A stretch of 64,000 nt of DNA from Klebsormidium nitens (Eukaryota > Plantae > Klebsormidiophyceae). Within the stretch, counting starts at the first letter, position 1, and each line of letters begins with the position of its first letter. The notes under the pieces were generated by a model that saw only the letters and a list, made by a program, of their open reading frames with translations, made no database searches and had not been told where the DNA came from. Location: positions 28,506 to 92,505 of the forward strand of contig DF237025.1 of assembly GCA_000708835.1 (NCBI GenBank), given 5' to 3'. Below, piece by piece: positions 50,398-63,084 of the stretch. The translations under genes and the position numbers were made by a program.

Positions 50398-50889
50398 CTC
50401 GTCAACCTCCTCTCAGTATCCTTGCAGGATAAGCCCCCGCACATTAGCAACTTCTCAACGCATTGTGAGCCTGAGGCTGCATGTTGTGCGAGCAGAGTAC
50501 GCCCCCCAGGCAAGCGTCCCCAAAACAGCGTAATCCCTGCGCCACTCGGCACCGTCAATGATGTACGCCCAGCTTCGATCCCTACCTGGTTCCTCCGTTG
50601 TGGACTTATCAGTATTCAGCCAAAGCGTTCAAGGTCTTGTGAAGGGGCCGTGAAAGCCACTTCTGCCAAGCTCAGTAGATAAGATTACTTGAACGCTTGA
50701 CTGTCAAGTTGACAATGAAGTTGTTGTCAAGTTGAAGTTTAAACCTGTAATAATTGAACAAACTTGAAGCAAATGTCTTGCTTGGGCGGCCGCGCCGCTT
50801 CCGTCGCGGGCCCGGCCGCGCAGGCCTGGGGATTCAGCACGGGTTTCTCGTAGATGCGCCATTAGTGCGCGCGTAAAGCTAGACTGAGC

Positions 50890-50904
50890 TTTCTAGAAGC
50901 TTCA
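50890..50904. promoter_or_regulatory. Perfect three-unit heat-shock element upstream of Cpn60 beta
   Basis: tTTCtaGAAgcTTCa fits nTTCnnGAAnnTTCn, about 175 bp upstream of a chaperonin ATG. Confidence 0.65.
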
Positions 50905-51076
50905 GGAGTACCTATCGACGCAGACTGCGCTTGTGGCTGAGGACTTGTCTTTTCTCCAGAAACTTTTCCAGTGGCGGAGAGAAAGTAATTTCAGCATTTC
51001 AGCAGAAAGGCGTGAAGCGCTTTCACATTGTAGCCATCAAGCAGAGCATCAGCAAGGCAGCGACCTCTGAAGCACC

Positions 51077-54000
51077 ATGGCGGCGTCTTGTGCGATGGCG
51101 GGCTCTCTGCAGACTGTCCTCAATGGCAGTCTCAGCAGCAGAACAACAGGTGCTCGGTCTCTTGGTTCGTCTTCTTCGTCTTTCACCGCTCCTTCCCCTC
51201 TCTTCGCTCACAAGCAGAATGCCAGGCAGCGGGCCAGGGGTGGGGCCCTCTCTGTGACCAGCATGGCTAAGGAACTGCACTTTAACAAGGATGGCTCCGC
51301 TCTCAAGAGAATGCAGGTAGGTGATCACACCAACACATATAAGTGATTGTGTTGGTTGTGTTGCCTGACGAGGCTCCTTCCATTGTGTCATTGCATACAG
51401 ATGCATGCCTGAGTTGCTTGTTGAAGTGCGAACACACCGCGATGCAGGGCTTTCTGTGGGTTTCATTGTCAGTCTTTCGTGTTGCCAGAGTGGTTTTAAA
51501 GAAGAGCTGTCGGTCGTCTGCTGCATCCATTCACATTGTCAACTTGTTGACAACATTGCTTCCCCATTGTGGGTCTCATGATGTGGTTTGTCTGCAGACT
51601 GGTGTGAACAAGCTGGCAGAGCTTGTGGGGGTGACCCTGGGACCCAAGGGGCGGAATGTGGTTTTGGAAAGCAAGTATGGTTCTCCCAAGATCGTGAATG
51701 ACGGAGTTACAGTTGCAAAGGAGGTGAGTATTGCCTAAAAGAAGGGCTGTCGGCAGAGTGGATGCATCATTTTCAGGTTATATGAACCTCACCATTACCA
51801 AAAGCTTTTGATAGACAGCAGTGGATTAGGGAGTTTGATGAAATCTTGGACAAGATGCAATTTGTCAGGCACAGTTTAATTATTGGACTAATTGTCGGCT
51901 CGATTGTTTGATGGAAGTGGTGGTCAAAGCCGCAGGATGGAGTGGATGCTGTGCTATAATGTTGTGGCATTGCAGATAAAGTGATAGGTGATGGTAACGG
52001 TGCCCTGCCCTTGGCGTTAGGAACAGCAATCTGACAATTTGCAGAGCTTAGAGCTGGTATGAAGAATGTTACATTCTAGTGGTAGTTGCAGAGGGCCAGC
52101 CAAATTTTTGTGTGGTTCTTGGTGCCATCAATGATTGCAGATAGATTGAGGATCTCACGAGATCTTACAAGGTGCTCCACAGGTTTTTAGGGTCAAATGT
52201 TGAACAGATTGCTCTGACGATTTCTTGTCTGAGCAGATGGGGTGCACAGGTTCCCCAAATCATTTGCAAGGTGCATTTGATGGCCAAGTAGTCGGGCCAG
52301 AAGTAGCATCCGTGTAGCCCAAGCTGAGGAGTTGAACTTTGAGTGTGCAACAAGGTAGCATTCGCTGATACTCAATTGTCTGGCGTGCAGGTAGAGCTGG
52401 AGGACCCTGTAGAAAACATTGGCGCTAAGCTGGTAAGGCAGGCGGCTGCCAAGACAAATGACCTGGCGGGAGACGGCACCACCACGTCCGTTGTGCTGGC
52501 GGCGGGGATGATTGCAGAGGGCATGAAGGTACGGCTCGTCACAATTGTCACTGCAAACCTCTGTTGATTTGGAACCCCAGGAACAATCCCGGTGGGATAC
52601 TTGGATGCAGTCGTTCGGAACACCGTCTGATCTGCCTTGAAGTCTCTTGAGCACCTCGCAGCGCTGCTGGTGTGATGGAATGGTTTGGTTGGAAGGTTTG
52701 ATAGCGGAAGCCCAATTGAAAATTCGATAGGGCAAGAGAAGTTGTTGGCTCAGTGAGAAATCAATAAGATCAACTCGATGTTGACGTCTCCGGGGTGGTC
52801 AAAGAAGAGGTCTAAATTGAGTGCTTGTGACTGTACATGGTATAAATTCGCTTCTGTCTTTTCGTATGTTCAGGTTGTTGCTGCTGGGGCTAACCCCATC
52901 CAGATCATCCGGGGGATTGAGAAGACGACCAAGAGCCTGGTGGATGAATTGAAGACTATGTCCAAGGAGGTGAGCCACTGGCGCCGGCCCTCTGCATCCG
53001 TCCTGCTTCTATCAATCTTGTCAAAGTGTACTTAAAGTGCTAGTTCTGATTGAGGACACATGGCCTTCAACGAGCTACACTGTGTTGTAACATCCCTCAA
53101 CATTTGCCTTTCCGCAAGTTGCAAGTGTTCCCTGGTCTTGAAGTGGGCCGTCAAGGTGGAATGTCTTCTGGTCAACCGAGGGGTCAAGGGAGCGAGGACA
53201 AATGCAAGCTGGATTGAGCGCCCTGAGACGTGGGCCTAATCTAGAGCCTCTGACTGGTGCCAGGTGTCCGACAGCGAGCTCGCTGACGTGGCGGCCGTCA
53301 GTGCGGGAAACAACAACGAGGTTGGGCAGATGATTGCGGAGGCGATGGGCAAGGTCGGGCGCACCGGTGTGATCACTTTGGAGGAGGCCAAGAGTGTGGA
53401 GAACAACCTGTACGTTGTGGAGGGCATGCAGTTTGACAGGGGCTACATCTCCCCTTACTTTGTCAGCGACCCTGAGCGCATGTCCGTCGAGTATGAGAAC
53501 GCAAAGGTGAGCGAGCAGTGCCAAGCGCTTCATACAATCGATGCCGCCAGCACACCTTGCATCCAGAAGGGGTGCAGTGCTGAATCGAGAAGTGTGAGTT
53601 TTTGGTCATAGCTTGCCCAGGGTGGAGTAAGTCAGCTCCAAAAGCGCCAGTAAGTCAGCCAGTCTTACACAAAATGAGGATTGCTTGACTAACTTTGACA
53701 TGAAGCGGGGCCCTTGACAAGCTTGGCATCTGCCATGACGTCCCTGTGCTTTTGGTAACAATGAGACAGATCATAATACATTCACACTTTCTGGGCCCCT
53801 GGGGTTTCCTTATAGCATAAACGGACATTTCCCTTGGCCCCTGTTCTCATACCGCGAATCCTTCTGGTCAACAAAGACAGTCCGACCGTACTCCTCCCTC
53901 ACCCCCTTCTCTCACGCTTGCAGATCTTGCTGGTTGACAAAAAGATCTCGACCGCGCGCGACATCATCACCATCCTGGAGGACGCAATCCGCAGCAGCTA

Positions 54001-57000
54001 CCCCATCCTGATTATTGCAGAGGACATTGAGCAGGAGGCTCTTGCCACGCTTGTTGTCAACAAGCTGCGGGGGGCTCTCAAGGTGGCCGCGATCAAGGCG
54101 CCCGGATTTGGAGAGCGCAAGAGCCAGTACCTGGATGATATCGCCATCTTGACCGGAGGTAAGAATGGAAGCGATGCCTGAAAATTGATGAGGTACAGAA
54201 GGCTGAAAAGGTTGACGGGGACGGGTCTTGTTAGTAGAGGGTTTGGGGGGCTTGAAAATTGGAGCATGTCAATGTGCTCAGGGTTACCAGTGTGGGCTGG
54301 TATAGTGGATCTTCGCTGTATATACAACCCAGTTTTCAGTACTTTTAGAAACTGGCTATGAGCTTCGAAGGATGAGGGCTTAAGTTCCAGGATCTGCAAT
54401 GCAGGATATCTGCATGGGGATCTTCTCGTCTTGGCAGGTGTGATAACCTGATTCAGATTTGAAGCACCCTATTAAATCTGAAGTCAACTCCAATAATTTA
54501 AGGGGGGACTCATGTTGATCTTCCCAGGGGGGTTCTGATTGTTCATTACGAGAGATCTTATATTTAGAAGGAACATTCTCGCCGTCTTCAAGTCCTGGCA
54601 GAGTGTCTGAGACGGGCTGTGTTGCGGCCGCTACTTTGACGAGAACCCTCGATCTGTCCAACACTGTCGTCCACATTGAGCCAACTTCTGTTGTGACAGC
54701 CGCTCTTACCCATCTGCTATTATCTCAAGATCTGTTTCGGACATTTTTTCTGCAGGAACCGTGGTGCGTGAGGAGATTGGCCTGGCTCTGGACAAGGTTG
54801 GGCGCGAGGTTTTGGGGAGCGCCGCTAAGATCGAAATCACCAAGGACAACACGACCATTGTGGGAGACGGGTCCACGGAGGAAGCCGTCAAGCAGCGGGT
54901 GAACCAGATCAAGAGGCAGATGGAGGTACGGTTGCGAAGCCTCCTCCGCTGATGTAAAAAGGATAAGAAAGAGCAGCTCGTTGAGAAAAGACGGATCCCG
55001 AGTGTGCGGTGTTTGTTGTTGGGTCGGCAACTCAACGAATTGATCGGTTGGTCTGTTACAGGTGGTGAGAAAGTGAAAAGGTGGTGAGAAAGTGAAAAGA
55101 GCTTCCTGTTGCTGAGTGCAACGTGGAACGGTTTTGCATAGAGAATTGTTTTGGGCGGCTTTAGCAACTCCTGTTCCACTGTCGTGCAGGATACCGAGCA
55201 GGATTACGAGAAGGAGAAGCTTCAAGAACGGATTGCTAGGCTGTCGGGTGGAGTTGCCATCATTCAGGTAAGGAAGAAGAGAAGCTCTGTGCGCAAGCGA
55301 GGGTGCCAATCGCCGGTTCTAGAAACGAGGCTGTTGTCGGTATCAAGGCGGCTGTTGCACTGCTTCCTTCTGCGATTACGGAGAGGGCACTTTTGTTTGT
55401 ACTAGGTTCTTCGTTGAGTCAAGAATTGAGAGGGCGCATCTGCTAAGCACTGATCCTTCGATGTTTGAGCCGCACAACATCGCAATACCGTGAACTTGTT
55501 GAGACCCTTGGTTTATGAAATTTCCCACTGCTCGCGAAGTCTTTTTTTGACGGCAGTTGAGCGCCGCATTAAGCTCATCCTCCGGAGTCAAAACAATCTG
55601 CTAACAATCTGGAGTAGTTTCCATCGCATGAGGCTGACTGTTGCGTCCATCAAGCATATTTTCTTTGACAATTCGAGTGGCAATATCAATACAACGAGGA
55701 GTCTCTTTTTCAGGTAGCGGGCCTCAAGCAGGTCCTCAACAAGACTGCTGCCTGGCAAAGCCGCGATCCGGCGAAATAGCACGATCCAGAATTCTGTGTT
55801 CTGCACCCACGATTCTGTGGGAAGGAAGTATTCTAGAAAAGGCGCCACGCTATTCTGTAGAAGGCGGGCGCAGGCAACAAGAATAACCGAAAAGGAACCG
55901 GAATAAGGCCGGAATAGAGACGGACTTATGAAGCATGCATTGAGCACGGTTTGTATTCGATTGTGCGCAGGTGGGCGCCCAGACGGAGACGGAGCTGAAG
56001 GAGAAGAAGCTGCGCGTGGAGGACGCGCTGAACGCGACCAAGGCCGCGGTCGAGGAGGGCATCGTCGTGGGCGGAGGCTGCACGCTGCTTCGGCTCGCGG
56101 AGAAGGTCGACGATATTAAGGCGACGCTCGAGAACGACGAGCAGAGGGTGAGCCGCCGCGACTTAGAGATTCTCGGGTCTGAGGATTTTTTGCGCTAAAT
56201 TTGGCGCCAAGAAGCAGTATCTGCTGTATTTGACAAAGAAGGTCGACGAAATCAGGGCGACGCTCGAGAACGAGCGGAGGGTGAGCCGTCGTCATTCAGG
56301 ATTTTGAGGATCTAGAGCTTGTCTGGAACAGAGTTTTGGCGTGTTCCCTCCTCTTTTGGGCTTTCGTAATGGGGCGGGGTTGAGCTGGCCTCTTTTCGAA
56401 ACTGCTGTAGGTCTGACTACAAGGAGCGCAGACTGCCCTTGTGAGATTTGGGGCCCGATTTGAAGTTCGACAATGGAACTGACGTCGAATGGTAGATGAA
56501 AGCGGCTAAAAGCTGACGTCTTGTCGGCAGAACCTGGACTAAATGTTGTTCTCCCCCTGCTCACAGATTGGTGCTGACATCGTGCGGCGCGCTCTTACCT
56601 ACCCCCTCAAGCTTATTGCCAAGAACGCCGGTGCTAACGGCAGCATTGTGGTAGAAAAGGTGAGCGCCGACTTAGAACCCTACCATATGCGGTCAGTTTG
56701 TTCAGTTTGTAGAGACCCTAAGGTTTGAAAACAGACTCTTATGATCTGAAGACTCCTTGACGGCTATCATATACTCCCGATGAGGGAATTTGGGTACGAG
56801 TTATGACTCTGTAAATATTTGAACTACTGGGCGGGCGCTCGAGCCGGATATTGAATCGAGGGTGTGTTCACTGGCTTTCGTTCAGCACAAGTTCAGCACG
56901 GATCTTTGTGCTCCACTTTGTTGGGAGTGCTCCGAGAAAGCCTTTTCTATTCCACAGAGCAAAGACTTGCAACGGAACATACTGGTACTCGCAAAAGGAC

Positions 57001-57734
57001 CATTGTTGACTTGCCGAAGGGACCCATTAAGCAACTTCTGGTTGCCTCCACTCTCTTTGAACATGCTTTTTCTCTATACCGAGCATTTCCATGAAACTTG
57101 TTTGTGAAGACCCCTTCTTTGAATCGTTGATGCGAACCATTGATTGTAACTGACGAGCGCAGTGATAACAAGCGGGTTAACGTGCAGGTTCGGACAAACC
57201 CCAACAAGGACTTCGGTTACAACGCGGCAACCGGCGAGTACGAGGATCTGATGAAGGCCGGAATCATCGACCCCGCTAAGGTACGCTATCCCGTCTTTTG
57301 ATCTGGCGGTTGAAGATTGTCGATTGCGGCGGCTAAGATCCTGGCCTTTGCATCTGTCCCCACTCGCTTTCTTGCATACCTAAGCTGATCTGTACCAATA
57401 TCAGCAGCGGCAAATCGTAGCGGTCGCAAGCAGCTTGACCGGCTTAGCCCGTCTAGCAGTACATCGTTCTGGATGCGGAAGCTCTCGCGGCGTTGAAGCG
57501 GGGGCCTGATGCATCCCTTTGCATGTCTTCGCATTAGACTCTCAAGTGGTTCAGTCTGGTTAAAGCTTTCCTATCTCACATAGCACGTCCTCGATGCAGG
57601 TGGTTCGGTGCTGCATAGAGCATGCGGCCTCCGTCGCCAAGACGTTCCTGACTTCCGACGTTGTGGTTACGGATATCAAGGAGGCCGAAACTGCCTCTGC
57701 CAGCCCCATGGACAACTCCGGCTATGGGTATTAG
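51077..57734 (+). CDS. CPN60B: Chloroplast chaperonin 60 subunit beta, 12 exons
   Basis: Exons 51077-51316, 51598-51723, 52391-52528, 52874-52969, 53264-53506, 53924-54158, 54756-54925, 55190-55267, 55971-56147, 56567-56659, 57188-57280, 57600-57734. Transit peptide, then [46 protein letters not shown] and the C-terminal PMDNSGYGY typical of the beta subunit. Confidence 0.97.
56235..56292 (+). repeat. Single echo of the Cpn60 exon 9 3' end and donor
   Basis: AAGGTCGACGAAATCAGGGCGACGCTCGAGAACGAGCGGAGG|GTGAGCCG versus the real AAGGTCGACGATATTAAGGCGACGCTCGAGAACGACGAGCAGAGG|GTGAGCCG; donor offset 133 bp. Confidence 0.9.
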
Positions 57735-59634
57735 AGGGAAGCGCAGGAATAATATAAGGTCACTGCAGCTGCATTCCGATAATCATTCGTGCATTGGGTG
57801 CATGAAACATTTTTGAACAACATAAACTTTACAAATAGAACTTCTATACTGCCCACTTCTGCCACAAGGAATGATACTTCAGCTGGTGCAGAAGCATTGA
57901 AAGGACAGGCAACGGAGGCACTGACGCTGGAGCTGAAACGACTTTCTATGGTGCTTCGATCTGTCCATTGTTTGCCAGCTTGTTGCCTTTACGCGTGGAG
58001 CAAAGCTTCCAAATATGAGTGTACTAATTGAATCTGTTCCTGGACATCTGATCAGCTTCAACCAAGGTTGAGCTTTGAGGAGACTCCTTTCAAAATAGGC
58101 TATTGCCATCCCGCCCGTGAAATCCAGCGCTTGGCATGACGTGGCGAGGCGCATGGACCCGCCTGTCACCCAAGTGTGACGGTCTGATCCGACATGGCTT
58201 TTTTGATCATCTGAGATTTCTGTCATGATGTTTGATGGCCCGCAGCTGTAAGTGTCTGAAAAAGTGACGTCCCGCGGTCAAACCATGCTACAACATAGCA
58301 TGCAGGTTTACAGATTACAATCATGAGATTCCTAGCTGTCGAGCCTCGAGCAGCAGCTAGGACGCATGTATGCCCGGGGCCGCCCATCCGACACAACACT
58401 CTTGATCTTGATCGGACTCGATTCGTGCACATGGAGCGCGCCCGCCCGCAGGTGAAACAAACTCACCAATGCGCGCTATAAATGATCTACCAAACGGGGC
58501 CGGGGGGCAGCATTTCAGCTACACGGCAAACATTGAATCAAACTTGGTTATTTCTGTGAATACGCCAGGATTTATCAGTACGTGCGCGCAGCGGAAGTCA
58601 TGAACGTTAAACCCGACACGTACAAACTTTGAAACAGACTTTCAGTCAAATACGTCACGGACGCATAATGAAATGCTTATGCGGCTTGCAGATGTTACCT
58701 CCTATTGATCTACATCATACGTAAATCAAGCGCATCCGTCGCCTGTCGATATCAGAAGGCAGGATCTTATCGGACGAATATACTTAGGAGGATGGTCGCG
58801 TGCCCCATGCAATGCTTCGATTGTACCGCAGTTCCGGAAGGGATGCCAGACAGCGCCATGCTGGCAGTTTAGAAAACCGCTTGCCACGCAAGCAAACTTG
58901 AGCCAGGTTTACCCCACCGCTTTTGCATATCCAACCTTCAGAACACCTTCAATACACTTCTTAAAATCACAAAATAAGAACCTGAGATCTATCTCTCAAT
59001 TTGCACCCCCCACCTTCTTACACTCCATGCGTCTCCACCTGGAAAACGGTGAACGCGTCCGTACCTAACCACTATAACTATAGTTCTAATCTCCGCTCTC
59101 ATGAGCGTGTATAGCAGGGAATCTGAACTTCAATTTACGAACAAACCACAATCAGAGCCACGGCTGCTCGCCGAAGGCGCTACGTGCAGCAATAGCGTAT
59201 CCGCAACAGCTCGGCCGACGTTCCCCATCTGCTATACGCTCGCAGCAGCTGCTTATGCTAGAAGGGTTCGCTATTCGTCGGAGCGGTGAAAGGGCCCCCA
59301 CGCGACGAATAAGCGCCCGGGAGGGCGGCCGGAGGACAGCGTCTCCAACGACTCGCGCATCTTCTCTTCACGTCGCTCTGCAGAGGGATTCGACGTCAGC
59401 GTGGTGTCAGCAAGACGAGATCCTCCCGCTCTATCTTTGCTCGGAAATCTGGAGGCTAGGATGAGGCTTGCGCGCGCAACATAGGGACTAAGCGTAACCG
59501 GTGGACCTACGGGATGATCTGAAGATTGGAAGTCCGTCAAGATCAACAAGGAGGAGGAGGTCGACCTTGCTGATTTGCGAAGTTAGAAAGCTCCGCATTC
59601 GCATTCTCCTTGCGTGAGATCTGGACTTTGGAAA

Positions 59635-60062
59635 TTATTTCAACTTTATTGGACGATACACCCAAAGCATGTACGCGCTTGCGTAATGTGGCTGCCAAAA
59701 CTCCAGCGACCGTCCCATCTCTTTTCGCGCTGAGCCGCACGTTTTAAGCATTAAGAGAAGAGAAGAGTCAACGACGTCGTGATCCGAACCAGAGTTGGCA
59801 TTCACAAGTTCAAAGGCCTCAATCGATTTCTGATTGCAACAAGACTGACCTTCTTTGTGGCAGTTCATGTGGCCTCCAAGCGCCGTCGGCCTGTCAAACG
59901 CCTGCCCACAGAAACGACAGTTGTACACCTGTCCGGTTGGTTCTGCCACCTGTCCTTCTTTGGTTCGCCGCTTGCGGGGCTGCTCTTCGCCTGCGCGCGC
60001 ACAAATCGGAAAGATGCAGCTTCAGTGGACACTTCCAGAGCAGGCAATGGGGTTTGAGACAA

Positions 60063-60096
<34 letters not shown>

Positions 60097-63084
60097 GATT
60101 ATGGAACGCAGGAGACCTAAGTCTTCCTTGGATGGAGTGATCTGAGACCAATTTAAAACAGATACGTGAAGGACCAGGAGAAGCGCTGAGCTTGTGAACG
60201 AGCGTTTCAATACTGATTGCAGATTGTATTACCCGTTACCGCCAGAGAGATGAACGCCTTCCAAACGATAAAAGGTTCCCAATCTTCACATGAAGGCGAG
60301 GCTCCGACAATAAAGGCCCAAAACGACCAAACCATAAAAGGTAGAATGGGCTTCTCCGCCCACTTCGGAGTTAGCGGGGGAGAACGACCTGGAAATTGCA
60401 ATACAGTGACTAAGATCACGAAGTAAAGATCCAAGCTGATTGGTTCCTCACTGTCGTGCGAACTCTCTGCTCGTTTGTTCCCCTCCTTCGCCAACCTCAT
60501 CTCTTGCTCCAGATTCAGCGGCGGCGGAATGGCGAACGGCCTCGGAAGCACGTGCCAGGGCCGGAAAACCTGTCCCGCCCCGGGAGGCCCCTCCGGGACG
60601 ACCTCGGGGACCGGAACCGGAACCGGAAGCGGAAGCGGAACAGCGCCGCGCTGGGGGTCTCTGAAACCGGAAGGGAGAGCGACAGGATTCAATCTGGGCA
60701 CACCCCCCCGAACTGAAGTTTCTTCCGAACCGTGAACCCGTTGCTGGTACGCTCTGAAGGCGCCGAACAAGTTGCCTCCCTGTTGGGGATTTCCAGCCGC
60801 TTCTCCGCTCCGGTGGGTTCCGCCGGAAAGTGTCTGCCCCGCGAGATTTCCGTCGGTTGCATGCTCCGCCGCCGCTGCTAACACCTCTAACCGCGTCGCA
60901 CCGCCCGGTGTGCCGGTAGCGACCGGGCCCGTGAAGAACAGACCCCCCGAGTGCGGCAAGGTGCGCGTGAACGGGTCCGACGGCGGCCGCGGCGCGCCCT
61001 GCGCAGCCGCGCCCTCCGGAACCCCGACGGGGGGCGCCCACATGTCGACCGTCGGCCCCAGGAAACCCGTTCTGGGATCCACCACTTTGCAGAGCGTCAG
61101 CTTCCTTGCTTCGCCGCTTCGCGCCTCGTCACTCGGCGGCCGCGCGCGGCCAGCCGCGGTCGCCTCGTAGCCGCTGACGAACCCCGCCTGGAAAAGCTTC
61201 GAACCCGCTTCCAGGAGAGGGTTTTGCGACGCGGCCGGGGCGCTCTCTGCGGCCGCGGTCACCAGGTTTGGCCGCACCACCGTCATCCCAAAGTCGCGTT
61301 TCCGCCCCTCCTTCCCTAACCCCAAATCATAACCCGTGGTCGAGGCACCGCGCGCGCCCGGCCAGACGGGCATGCGCGCGGCAAAAGACCCCTGCGCGGG
61401 TGCGAGCGGCACCGCGGTCGCCTCCGCGCGCGCGCCCATCACAATAGCAGGGGGATGCGCGTGCTTGAGCGGCAACGCGATCGCGCCCGCGCGCGCGCTC
61501 GCGCCTTCCCGGGCCGCCTGCTCCATCGCCTGCTCTGCGGAGTTGAGATCCCAAACCGCGGGGGCTGCTGTCCGGCCCATGAAACCGCTTGGTACATTAG
61601 CAGATAAAACCTGTATCGTTTCTCTCTCCGGTACAAACCCCCGGGCAGGACCACGTGGCTCGAAACCCCTGCCATCACCGCCCGGTTCAAACCCCCTCCG
61701 AAAACTACCCGGTTGCAAACTCCGTGTAATCAAGCTCTGTTCCCCAAACCGCTCCACCTTTCCAGGTTCTTCGCGTCTCTCTTTATGTTGCGGTTGGCCT
61801 GCTTCAAAGGAGGTTCGCGGTCCGAAGCTGGGTGCCAGAGAATCAAACGTGACAGCGGAAGAGGGCTGGGAAAGCACCGGGCTCGAAGCGCGCTTCGACT
61901 GCTCCGTCGGCTGGTGACTCGCGGCCGCGTAGGGTTTTGGGACATGGTTTTTGGGGAACGTGAGAGCGCGCCGAAAAGGAGACAAGGGCCCGGTCTCAAG
62001 AGTGGCTAGGGTTAGCAGTTCCTGGACACTGCTCGAACGGGTGAAGTGTGCCTGTGGGGGTTTGGTTGCTTCTACAGGTTGGAGAGAGAAGCTGGGAACC
62101 TGGGGCCGTGACTCGTTCAGTTCGTCAGAGGCACCCATCGAAGAACGGTTCCTGCAGAAGAGAGCTCGTTATCTGTACCAATGGACTCTCCTCGGAATCT
62201 TAAACTGCTTGAATATAGCACTCTAAAGTGCTTGAGGACATTGTGGACTCATCAAGCTTCTCTAAGCATTCACACATAAAGTCAATGCAATTCCTGGCGG
62301 TGAGAAAAAGAGAAGAGCCTTCGAGAAGATGCAAGGACTCGTCCACCTTCTCTTCAGATTCACATTCATCTTCAATGTATCTTTTTGGCACATCGAAGCT
62401 CTCTGCTTCGTTGTTTACAAGCTCGAAGCTCTATCCCGAAGCTTAGATGTTCTCTAAGCTCCAGGCCTTAGAGAATATCTCTGGAGTAATGTAAGCAGGC
62501 AATTGGATTTTTTGGAAATCTTCGAACTTCAAAGTATTGAAAACTCCAGAAAAGGGGAGAAAAGAGAAAAAGTTGCACCATGTTTCTTCTTCAAGAAGCC
62601 CGAACTTCTTTAAGCAGGGTTCCAAGATCTGGGGATCGATCCAGAAGCAAGCAAACATGGACTAGAGGGCCCTTGCCTTCTTGCATCTTTTGCCTTCGTC
62701 TAATCTGCCACAGTCACGTTGTCAAAATGCCGATGTCCTGGCTCGTTCTCTCTCCGAATGATCCGCAGCCAACTTTCCTCCCAACTCGAGCATCCACCGA
62801 AAGTCCTTCTGAAAACAGGGCAGACCAGATTGATGCAACCCTCACCTTGCAGAGAACCTCAGCTTGCTGTTGCTCTCCCCATCCTCCACTCTCGGGGGCT
62901 CTTTTCCCCCACTGCTAGGTGGTGCCAAGGAAAGATCTGTCGAAACTCCACCCCCAGACCATTCTCTCGGAATATTTTCGAGGGTTTCCCCCTCATGCAT
63001 GCTGCGACCTACGCTCCCGACCCTCTCAAGAAGGACTTGCTCTGGTCGCAAAAGCTCCGAGGGAAAGGCTTGCTGTTCTACCAT
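59635..63084 (-). CDS. Single plant Q-type C2H2 zinc-finger protein with a long disordered N-terminal region
   Basis: Phase-consistent exons 63084-62846, 62151-60452, 59990-59850, 59729-59635. NLS-like PRKRR, then CRFCGQAFDRPTALGGHMNCH (a QALGGH variant). The first and last exons are uncertain. Confidence 0.75.
60063..60096. repeat. (GAGCAG)n microsatellite in a zinc-finger gene intron
   Basis: gagcaggagcaggagcaggagcaggagcaggagc. Confidence 0.9.
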
